Below, piece after piece: positions 49,775 to 57,517 of a DNA stretch of 59,086 nucleotides. The notes below the pieces were generated by a model. It was given only the letters and a program-made list of their open reading frames with translations. It was not told the origin of the DNA and made no database searches. The stretch comes from a virus (taxonomy: Duplodnaviria; Caudoviricetes): positions 1 through 59,086 of the IMG/VR virus record IMGVR_UViG_3300034100_000010. One strand, 5' to 3'. Each line of letters begins with the position of its first letter. The stretch's first letter is position 1. Both the position numbers and the translations under genes were made by a program.

Positions 49775-50041
49775 TCAAGTCTCCTGTTCGACAATCAGAT
49801 CGTAAATTCCATCAAATGCATACTCTGTGACAAACTTTGGATCAATCTTGACGCCCCAAGGAACTACAAATAGTTCTGTAATATCTACTTCAGCAGGATC
49901 AGCCGGATAACCTGGATCACCATTTGAAAGATACTGGCGCTCTGGACGACCTTTAGTGTAGTCGTATTGTATTACACATTCGACATCTTCACCAAGGTCT
50001 CCGCACTGTAGGAATACTGTGATTTCGCCTTGTTTTGACAT
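49775..50041 (-). CDS. Hypothetical phage protein (GDPGYPADPAEV)
   Basis: Acidic small early-type ORF. Confidence 0.55.
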   Translation of the reverse strand: MSKQGEITVFLQCGDLGEDVECVIQYDYTKGRPERQYLSNGDPGYPADPAEVDITELFVVPWGVKIDPKFVTEYAFDGIYDLIVEQET

Positions 50042-50093
50042 TTTTAGTTCTACTTTTATTTGGCTCAGTAAGAGCTATTATACACCAACTGGT

Positions 50094-50351
50094 TTATATG
50101 TAAACAATATTCTGTAACTCAATGTTCACAGTCTGACAAATATCAGCTTCCAAAATGTCTATGACTTCCACATCATCGGCGTCAAGATACTTGTCAGTCG
50201 GTACGTCATCAAATACACCTTCTTGGAGTACTATGTAGCGTTTAGAGTATGTGTTAGCATTGTAATAAACAACGAACACTTCACCAATATGTTTGGCATA
50301 CCAATAGGATGGTCGTGTTGCTTTAAGGACTTTTACTTGTTTTAGTAGCAT
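50094..50351 (-). CDS. Hypothetical protein
   Basis: AGGAG RBS inside the duplicated leader. Confidence 0.55.
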   Translation of the reverse strand: MLLKQVKVLKATRPSYWYAKHIGEVFVVYYNANTYSKRYIVLQEGVFDDVPTDKYLDADDVEVIDILEADICQTVNIELQNIVYI

Positions 50352-50438
50352 TTTAGTTCTCCTTTTGTTTTACAACTTGAGGACTATTAAATTCGTTGCC
50401 TCTGGCCGGTCTTTAAATAATCATAAACATCTGATAGC

Positions 50439-50678
50439 CTACTCACGATTAAATACCTCGTTTGGCACTTCTATATTCATGCTACCACTCTCAAATTTCA
50501 TGCCGTGTTCTTCGGCCCAAGTGTATGCGTGGTAGAGTTCATAACTGTCATACTGCTGATAGTTGCCATTTGAGTCATAACCGCCAATACAGCCGTCATC
50601 TGATAGGTCATTTACAACTGTAACTGTTACATTACCTTTTGCATCAGTAAGTTTATATAAGTATATCTTTTTGAACAT
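50439..50678 (-). CDS. Hypothetical protein
   Basis: AGGAGG RBS. Confidence 0.55.
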   Translation of the reverse strand: MFKKIYLYKLTDAKGNVTVTVVNDLSDDGCIGGYDSNGNYQQYDSYELYHAYTWAEEHGMKFESGSMNIEVPNEVFNRE

Positions 50679-50708
50679 ATCAACCTCCTACCAGAATAAC
50701 TTCTTGCA

Positions 50709-50870
50709 TTATTGCAAAGTGATAACCGCCTTTAACATTCTTCCACCACCACTCGAAATAGGTTCTACACGCAGTATCTCTTTCGATGTTGTTAGTAAAT
50801 CAAGTTCGTCGTCGGTCAAGAATTCTTTAGATACATGCGTAAGGTTTTCTGATGCTGGCTGAAATATCAT
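50709..50870 (-). CDS. Hypothetical protein
   Basis: ATG at 50870 follows the duplicated leader and promoter TTGACC-17-TAAAAT. Confidence 0.5.
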   Translation of the reverse strand: MIFQPASENLTHVSKEFLTDDELDLLTTSKEILRVEPISSGGGRMLKAVITLQ

Positions 50871-50929
50871 TTTAGTTCTCCTTTTGTTTTGCAACTTGAT
50901 GACTATTTTACATGGTGTTTTTGGTTTGG

Positions 50930-52816
50930 TCAAGCTATTTCTGTGTACCAGACATAATCTTCACCTTGTTGGATCAGATACCCTTTCTCGACTAGCTCTA
51001 ACCAAGCCTTGCAGTTTTTACGTGGTATCTTTGTTGGTTTGGGTCTGCGTACAAGCCCAACATCCATAAGCATGTCATTAGCCTCACGGATGTACCAAGT
51101 ATAGTCAATGTCATCTGGTAATGTTTCGGGGAGCAACATACAGGGTTTAGCGCCTTCTGTGCGAGGTACAGTATTGCCGTTAGACTTGTAATTGATAGTT
51201 CCAGTGGTTTCAGTTGAATAATACCAGCGTATCGCTTTTCCAAGATATGTTTCGTCTTTAACAGCACCACCTTTAACAGTTCTGATACTTAGGAATTGTG
51301 TAATGTCATCACAAGCATAAATCGTATCTTCGATTAACGTACCATTTTTTAGGTATTCTACAAATGCCTTAGAACATATTTCATTGGTTGGTGATTTTGA
51401 CAATCCACCAGTTGCAAAGAACCCTTTGGTTTTAACTTCACCAGAAGGTTTAACTGCACAGTAAGAGTTTACATCCCTTGAATATAACCCAGAGTACCGT
51501 GTTCCCTCCATTTGGAAGCCTGTATGGTTCTCCCAAGACTTAATGATATAGCGCATACGTTGCTCAAAATGTCTATGACATTTCAGAACAATGCCGTCAG
51601 TATTTCCGCTGACTGCTTCAATCCCGTATTTATACAACATCTCAATCAGCATAAGAAGATATAGTTGTCCGCTAATTGTAGTCTGGATAAGTAAGTTTGG
51701 TGCATACAAGATAGAATAGATTGATCCTAGTTTGCCAAATGTCCCATTGATCATAATCTTCATGGAAGTGTCCACTAACTTATCTTTGTTCTTTTTAGCC
51801 AATAGACGTTTTTCTGTAATCCCTCTAAAAACAGTGATAAATTCACTTCCTAATGATTCTGGATATAACCCCAATTGTAAAATAATGTTAGGGTAATATG
51901 CACCAACGTCATTATCCTCAAGGAAGTATTCGTCATTTTCTTGATGATAACACTCATTTTCTTGAGAGTGCAAGCCACCAAGACCCAATTGATAAGTTGT
52001 TGAACCAATTATAACTTTAGGCGGTTCTTGTGAGAATGAGATAACGCCATTAGATTCGGCTGTAATCTCTACATTTTCAAAGAAACGCAAAACATTTTTA
52101 AGTTGCTCTGATTCAAATTTAATGTTGTCTGGCTTCTGATAGAAAAATGTACGTTTTGACACTGAACCTTTACGGACTTTTTGACCTAGAATCTTTTCGA
52201 CTTCTTGTTTGATTACTGCTTCAGCAATCTGTGCATCACTCTTGCTCCGCAAATCCATTCCATATTCTTTAGACATACTTCGACGCAACTCAATGCGATC
52301 TTCAATCGCATGTAACAAGTCAATAGTAGTGTCCAAGTCATTGCGACAATACAAGATTAGTTCTTTGCGTTGTTCTGGTGTTATTAGAGCGTCTGGTTCA
52401 ATAGGAAGGTCTTGGAGGCGCTTGCTGTGTAGGCGACCACCATATAGCTTGAGTGAAATCTTAACCGCTGGCGCTGGCTCTATGAGGTCAATGTGATTCC
52501 ATTTAGGTTGTTCGAGTCTATATTTCTTGTAAAAATTCCAACTTTTAATACCTTCGACAATAATCTCATCTGACGCTCGTTTAAGTTCTTCGTTGGTTGC
52601 ACCAGACATTGCTAGTGCAAGTATAGGCATATCATAGTTCATACCGTTGAAGGTAATGACTTCAGCAGCGTTAAGGACAGTCTTGATGCCGTCAACATCC
52701 AGTGGATGATCTTCATACATTTCAAAATGTTTAGACTTTCCTTGAGCGTTTACGAACATGACAAGTAGATAGTTAGAATAATTTTCTATGTCCATTACTA
52801 CTTGGTTTGGCTTCAT
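50930..52816 (-). CDS. Family B DNA polymerase with 3'-5' exonuclease domain
   Basis: DIE, FNGMNYD, YCRND exonuclease motifs; DVGAYYP, KIMINGTFG, NTDG polymerase motifs. Confidence 0.9.
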   Translation of the reverse strand: MKPNQVVMDIENYSNYLLVMFVNAQGKSKHFEMYEDHPLDVDGIKTVLNAAEVITFNGMNYDMPILALAMSGATNEELKRASDEIIVEGIKSWNFYKKYRLEQPKWNHIDLIEPAPAVKISLKLYGGRLHSKRLQDLPIEPDALITPEQRKELILYCRNDLDTTIDLLHAIEDRIELRRSMSKEYGMDLRSKSDAQIAEAVIKQEVEKILGQKVRKGSVSKRTFFYQKPDNIKFESEQLKNVLRFFENVEITAESNGVISFSQEPPKVIIGSTTYQLGLGGLHSQENECYHQENDEYFLEDNDVGAYYPNIILQLGLYPESLGSEFITVFRGITEKRLLAKKNKDKLVDTSMKIMINGTFGKLGSIYSILYAPNLLIQTTISGQLYLLMLIEMLYKYGIEAVSGNTDGIVLKCHRHFEQRMRYIIKSWENHTGFQMEGTRYSGLYSRDVNSYCAVKPSGEVKTKGFFATGGLSKSPTNEICSKAFVEYLKNGTLIEDTIYACDDITQFLSIRTVKGGAVKDETYLGKAIRWYYSTETTGTINYKSNGNTVPRTEGAKPCMLLPETLPDDIDYTWYIREANDMLMDVGLVRRPKPTKIPRKNCKAWLELVEKGYLIQQGEDYVWYTEIA

Positions 52817-53030
52817 CCCACACCTCAAAAAGAATTATCGCGTGGTATGCCCTACCACGACTAACATATAACGAATGTTTCAAACGGGCGACCCCTAGGG
52901 TGCAATCTTTGGAGTTCTATGGTCGTCTGCTATTGTTATTTATTTCTTTGGAAACTCAAATGCCGCCACTAATAGCTAGGCAGTAAACGAAACAACCACA
53001 ACCAACAGTGTGTAACACTGCTATACCGAC

Positions 53031-54395
53031 TTACAAGGTATTCTTTTCAAACTCTCGGAGGTACTCAATAACAGATTCAGACCAACCGTTGATTCTGAAC
53101 CAAGAATCTTGTGCAATACCACGCTGGTATGATGCTACATTTATTATATAGCCGATACCTTTTGGATTGGGTATACGATCACTCGATTGCTCATCAGTAA
53201 TAACAATAGTACGACAATCTAGTTCTTGTTTGTCGTAAACAGTGTTAAGTGCCTTCCCAAGATATGTACTAGAGTGTGTTTGACTTGAATCAACAGCGTC
53301 CCGTAAAGCAAACCCACGACGAGGCGGTACTTGCACAACATCTTGTGAAAAACTATAAATTTCGACATCTTCACAGATTTCACGCAATAACACAGCCAGA
53401 CCATAAGCAGCATCAAGTCGTTTCATGTCGGATTTACTTGAAATCTGATCATTCATACTTCCAGACACATCAACTAGCAAAATTGTTTTACCACTAAGTT
53501 TTTCAGAACCTTCCAAACACTTTAACATCATAGGTTCAATTACATCCTCCCAAGCAGGGATAGCCCTAGCCGCTGCAATGAACCTGAAAGGGAGAGCACG
53601 CTCAACATGCACACGTTCTGAATATTCCTTAACCCTTTGTTTGTCGATACCACACTCAGACATCAAGCGCATATTTCTGATAAACGCAAGCACACCTAAC
53701 TGGTTCTCATCCATAAGACGTTCAAATGCTTGCTTCTTGTCTGCACCACCAGACAATGCAACTTCCCATGTATCAGGTGTAGCCAGTTCGTTATTCACAA
53801 GTTTGCGATAAAGTTCTTCTGTTTCCGTCAATTCTTTAGTCTTGAAAATCTTGCGTTCTTGGGCAGTCCAACGGGATTCAACATCTTTTGGTTTTGCATG
53901 AACCATAAACATTACATCGCGCAATTTAATAGCTTCGCTGCGATTGTACTTAGCCATCTGATATTCGTTAAATTTCGTGAAAGCGAGCGACAGACCTTTC
54001 TTCACCTGCATAGCAATTGGGCACTTACCATTTTTCCAGTAAATCGCCATGAACTCAGTGATTTCGTCAGGGCGTTGGATGGCCTGAAACAGTGTTTGAG
54101 CGACAAACGGTTTATGTGAGGCGTGTCGTACCATTTCACGCACAAGCAACAAAGGAACGTGACGCAGTTTCATCTTGTTACGCGCTTCTATAGCAATAAT
54201 CTGTACCTTCTCTGGTACGACTTTAGGTACAAGGTAGGCAATACGATCTGCAATAGCTACACCAGATTCATAAAACTGGTCTTCCCAAAGCATACACGCC
54301 ATCACCGAACGGCGTAGTTCCATTTCAGGCGTGATACTGGAAGTCTTAGCGCCTTCGTGGGTGTAAACAGATTCAACAGGTTTGTTAAGTTTCAT
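53031..54395 (-). CDS. Ro60/Rsr-like TROVE-vWA RNA-binding protein
   Basis: TROVE segments (LRRSVMACMLWEDQFYE, KFNEYQMAKY, TWEVALS) and vWA MIDAS DVSGSM...ITDEQ; GGAGA RBS before ATG 54395. Confidence 0.9.
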   Translation of the reverse strand: MKLNKPVESVYTHEGAKTSSITPEMELRRSVMACMLWEDQFYESGVAIADRIAYLVPKVVPEKVQIIAIEARNKMKLRHVPLLLVREMVRHASHKPFVAQTLFQAIQRPDEITEFMAIYWKNGKCPIAMQVKKGLSLAFTKFNEYQMAKYNRSEAIKLRDVMFMVHAKPKDVESRWTAQERKIFKTKELTETEELYRKLVNNELATPDTWEVALSGGADKKQAFERLMDENQLGVLAFIRNMRLMSECGIDKQRVKEYSERVHVERALPFRFIAAARAIPAWEDVIEPMMLKCLEGSEKLSGKTILLVDVSGSMNDQISSKSDMKRLDAAYGLAVLLREICEDVEIYSFSQDVVQVPPRRGFALRDAVDSSQTHSSTYLGKALNTVYDKQELDCRTIVITDEQSSDRIPNPKGIGYIINVASYQRGIAQDSWFRINGWSESVIEYLREFEKNTL

Positions 54396-54406
54396 TACTT
54401 TCTCCA

Positions 54407-54477
54407 AATTTAAGGGAACAAACGCTTACGAGGGTTTATCTCCGTATGATGAACTCGTAAACAACACCACTCAAATC
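54407..54477 (-). ncRNA. Candidate minimal Y RNA, gene-proximal copy
   Basis: 57-nt core 54414-54470, closed by the stem GAUUUGAG/CUUAAAUU; adjacent to the Ro60 RBS. Confidence 0.65.
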
Positions 54478-54480
54478 TTT

Positions 54481-54547
54481 TAGATGGGAACAAACGCTTA
54501 CGAGGGTTTATCTCCGTATGATGAACTCGTAAACAACACCACATCCA
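54481..54547 (-). ncRNA. Candidate minimal Y RNA, promoter-proximal copy
   Basis: Identical 57-nt core 54486-54542, closed by a different stem UGGAUG/CAUCUA; begins at the predicted transcription start. Confidence 0.65.
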
Positions 54548-54555
54548 TAACAAAC

Positions 54556-54584
54556 ATTATAAACGTAAAATACTACTAAGTCAA
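54556..54584 (-). promoter_or_regulatory. Consensus sigma70 promoter for the repeat-Ro60 unit
   Basis: TTGACT (54584-54579), 17 bp, TATAAT (54561-54556). Confidence 0.85.
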
Positions 54585-54603
54585 TACTAAATTTAAAATA
54601 TTA

Positions 54604-54849
54604 TCAGCCTTCTGTATGTACGCTGTCAAATTCCTGCAACGCCAACAGCAATAGTTCTGCCTGATTATAGTCAAGCGACATGAAAATGTCAGGGTGCACC
54701 GCACCATTACCATAAAACTTCACGGTATAGCCATTACCGTTATCAGTTACCTTACACAACTTATCGACACCGGCAACATAACCTGAGTGTTCAGCGGCTT
54801 TGATAATGACATTATTACCTTTACGTTTTACAATATGCTCTCCACTCAT
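54604..54849 (-). CDS. Hypothetical protein
   Basis: ORF in an early gene string; start uncertain. Confidence 0.5.
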   Translation of the reverse strand: MSGEHIVKRKGNNVIIKAAEHSGYVAGVDKLCKVTDNGNGYTVKFYGNGAVHPDIFMSLDYNQAELLLLALQEFDSVHTEG

Positions 54850-55227
54850 TTCTTGCACTCCTCGATAATTTCTAAGCGTAAAATATACCTGACGTGTTCA
54901 GACCAATCCTTGTTGATTGCAAAAGCATCCATTGCTGCAAGTTTGTAGTTAATCATTTTGTTCTTCCTCTGAAATATCTAGTTTACGGGCTTTGACAGCA
55001 GCTACAATTTTCTGAACGATCTGGGTGATGTCTTGCTTCTTTTCTACATTTTCAGCGAGGTATCGGCAAAGTACATAAAATTGGATCATGCTAATTCCAA
55101 TCCTCATTCAAAGTAAATGACTCAATCAATTCGGCATAACTAGAAATTTTAGCCTTAACACGCGCTGACAATTCGTTTTCAGCAATTACAAAGACTTCTT
55201 TGCCGTCTTGGAGGAATTTGTACATTT

Positions 55228-55479
55228 TCATTGATAGCCTTCGCGCATCTTACCAAGCCTGCTATGTTTCCTATGCCAGTCTGCACATTGTCCGCAAAGT
55301 GGTTCTGGTGCTTCATGACGAGCTTTAGACATGATGGTGATAGGTACCCCACAATCCGAACACTCCCAATCACCAGAAACAAACTCAATGTCTTTGAATG
55401 ACTCAAGACGTACTTTATCTAGTGCGTCTTGGTTGCGTTCGTCGTTGTAGTCCTGTAGGTGATCCATTTCGTCAGGCAC
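55228..55479 (-). CDS. TraR/DksA-like C4 zinc-finger protein
   Basis: GGAG then GTG start gives MPDEMDHLQ (DxxD tip), a helix, then CSDCGVPI...AR.EA...LCGQC. Confidence 0.6.
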   Translation of the reverse strand: MPDEMDHLQDYNDERNQDALDKVRLESFKDIEFVSGDWECSDCGVPITIMSKARHEAPEPLCGQCADWHRKHSRLGKMREGYQ

Positions 55480-55647
55480 TTGATAACTCCAAATTTTCAA
55501 AAGTGGTGTTTATTCTACACAAATTATATTTTGTTGTCAATAAATGTGGTGTAAAACTTGTCCAATATCATTTAGCACACCAAAAGTTGGGTCTAATATT
55601 AGTTAGAGGGCTTGTTCTTCGCCCTCGGAAATATTTTCAAAACCCTA

Positions 55648-55675
55648 TTGCACTTACACGGAATCCGTGTATAAT
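55648..55675 (+). promoter_or_regulatory. sigma70 promoter with palindromic operator
   Basis: TTGCAC-16-TATAAT; TACACGGA-A-TCCGTGTA at 55655-55671. Confidence 0.7.
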
Positions 55676-55736
55676 TTGAATCGTAGACAGATCGTTTACA
55701 CCGCACCTCGGGATCGGGGCTACCAGGAGAAACAAA

Positions 55737-55931
55737 ATGATTATCAAAGCAAAAACTGCCCGCCAATTGATCGCCGCCGGAAAAGCAGGGAATGCGTCGT
55801 TTGTTTGGGATGACGGGGTAGACCATCAACTTACGCAACCGAAATTTGTATCCATCGACAGATACGACCTCCAGCGCACAGATCATTTCGAGGCCGATGA
55901 AATCGCAATTAGCGAATGGAAAAATGCCTAA
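55737..55931 (+). CDS. Hypothetical cassette protein
   Basis: AGGAG RBS; directly downstream of the cassette promoter. Confidence 0.65.
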   Translation: MIIKAKTARQLIAAGKAGNASFVWDDGVDHQLTQPKFVSIDRYDLQRTDHFEADEIAISEWKNA

Positions 55932-56053
55932 CCACCCAAACCGCCGCCGAACTGATCCACTCAACCCTGCGCACATGGCAGGATTGGGAGGCCGGTAAAG
56001 CCCGAATGCACCCCGGTCTGTGGGAGTTATTCCGCATAAAATGCGCCCTCTAA
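55924..56053 (+). pseudogene. XRE-type HTH regulator with internal deletion
   Basis: MPNHPNR start is joined out of frame to QTAAELIHSTLRTWQDWEAGKARMHPGLWELFRIK. Confidence 0.65.
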
Positions 56054-56109
56054 CCCTACGGTGCAGGCGACATGGCGCAAACAGCCGCGCCAGGCTCCTG
56101 ACCTCCATC

Positions 56110-56747
56110 TTGGGCGTCAGCGGGTAATACATTCGTGTTCGTCACGTATCGGGCCAATTCCAAGGTCATCCGCCTCGGAACGGCTATACGCCACAAGCTC
56201 GAATGTAACGGTGCTGATTTTTCCAATTGGAACGGAAGACCTACAGCAACCGGTTGCGATGTCCAGCTTGAGTTCGTTTGCAAGTCCAGCCATCTTCTCG
56301 ACGTCGATCTTCATGTTTTTCCTTTCTTCGGTTCGCGCCATCTCGTATATCTGCCCGGTTTCCATGTCAGCCCTAAACCATCGTCCAGTTCCAACAACCT
56401 GCGTTTCCACGGTGTCATCCCGCATGCAGACGGTAATATGTTCCCTCCTTCGGTTTCAAGCACAAGTCCGCTGAACACTTCTTTTACCAACAACCCACCT
56501 TCGCTGTTCACTCCAATTCGCATGCCAGTTTCCTTTCGTTGTAGTTGCATCGTCAAACCAACAGAGAGCGGTATCCGTTAACAACCTCTTCGCTTTGGCT
56601 AATAATCTGCAAGCCAATCTTCTCAGCCATTGCGGAAGCCTTTTTAATGGCGCTTTCTTTCCAGCTCGTCACTACAATGGCATTGTGTCTCATGTATCCC
56701 ATGTTTCCTCCAAAGACGCCAAACACGTCATTTAACTGGACGCGCCG
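56110..56747 (+). mobile_element. Degenerate integron-type cassette 2 with truncated attC-like site
   Basis: Begins TTGGGCGTC; near-complement GACGCCAAAC at 56715-56724 is followed by attC-like ACGTCATTTAACTGGACGCG; contains broken minus-strand ORFs. Confidence 0.45.
56553..56702 (-). pseudogene. Apparently truncated phage protein (MGYMRHNAIVVTSW)
   Basis: GGAGG RBS; ends abruptly after NGYRSLLV. Confidence 0.4.
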
Positions 56748-56769
56748 TAGGTCATGTTGAATAAACATA

Positions 56770-57516
56770 TTATACACCGCCTAACAAAAACTTCAACTCT
56801 TTTAATGCTTTTTTCTCGATCTGCTCCACCCTGGCAGCGGAAATGTTAAAACGCTCACCAAGTTCACGAAGTGGTACAGGGTTATTAGTGAGATGTCTGG
56901 ATTCTAGTATAACCCTTGTGCGCTCATCCAAGGCGGCTACAGCGGCTTTCAGTGCTTCGACTTGTCGTTGTTCGTCACGTTCTTGTAAGGCTTCTTCTGG
57001 ACCTTTGTACGGGCTTGGAAGTTGTAGGATGGTTGTGTCATCATCGATTGATGATTCCTTACCAGCGTAACGTGCTTCGAAGTCCTCTAACTGTGCTTGG
57101 GTTATATTCAAGGCTTCGAGTGTATCCACGTCGCTATTGACTACTTCGCGGTTCCAGAACAGACGTAGTGCTGCCTTGGTGGTGGCAATCTTTACCATCC
57201 GGTAATTCTTTACAACATACTCACCAATATGATACTTGATGTCATATACAGCAAATGCCGATAACCTGATACCCAGGAATGGGTCAAACTTCTGGATAGC
57301 CTTCAGAAGTCCGATGAACCCTTCCTGAACCAGATCATTAACGTCAATACCATAGTTTTTGTAGCGATTGGCAACCTTCATACACAAAGGGATGTGGTGC
57401 ATTGCAAGTTTGTGTGCTGCTTCGATATTGTTGTTTAACTTGTAGTCTTTAGCCAGTTCAAATTCTTGGTCTTCTGTCAGGATTGGGTATTGGTTTGCAA
57501 TCGTACTTAAATACAT
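56770..57516 (-). CDS. RpoH (sigma32)-like RNA polymerase sigma factor
   Basis: Region 1.2 YPILT..QE, region 2 DLVQEGFIGLLKAIQKFDP..G.RLS.FA, RpoH-box-like VKIATTKAALRLFWN, region 4 LRELGERFNISAARVEQIE. Confidence 0.85.
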   Translation of the reverse strand: MYLSTIANQYPILTEDQEFELAKDYKLNNNIEAAHKLAMHHIPLCMKVANRYKNYGIDVNDLVQEGFIGLLKAIQKFDPFLGIRLSAFAVYDIKYHIGEYVVKNYRMVKIATTKAALRLFWNREVVNSDVDTLEALNITQAQLEDFEARYAGKESSIDDDTTILQLPSPYKGPEEALQERDEQRQVEALKAAVAALDERTRVILESRHLTNNPVPLRELGERFNISAARVEQIEKKALKELKFLLGGV

Positions 57517-57517
57517 A

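Larger units (their letters stand above)
50349..50907 (-). repeat. Duplicated 40-bp leader/RBS (50349-50388 and 50868-50907)
   Basis: CATTTTAGTTCTCCTTTTGTTTT(A/G)CAACTTGA(G/T)GACTATT, 2 mismatches. Confidence 0.85.
55602..56115 (+). mobile_element. Integron-type gene cassette 1 with attC-like site (56045-56115)
   Basis: Begins GTTAGAGGGC; the attC-like site begins with the exact complement GCCCTCTAAC, which contains the stop codon, and continues as an imperfect palindrome. Confidence 0.65.

Noticed and set aside
54438-54448. ACGGA loop in the repeats as a CsrA/RsmA site
   Set aside because: One GGA loop per unit with a poor fit to the flanking consensus; not enough to call.
54414-54542. Mini-CRISPR interpretation of the two 57-bp repeats
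   Set aside because: The repeats are too long, the 15-bp spacer simply supplies the closing stems, and no cas operon is present; the Cas4-like nuclease is a common phage gene 6.6 kb away.
55599-56132. 177-aa minus-strand ORF and other overlapping ORFs in the island
   Set aside because: They are antisense to a promoter-driven gene and read through the attC-like palindrome; likely shadow frames.
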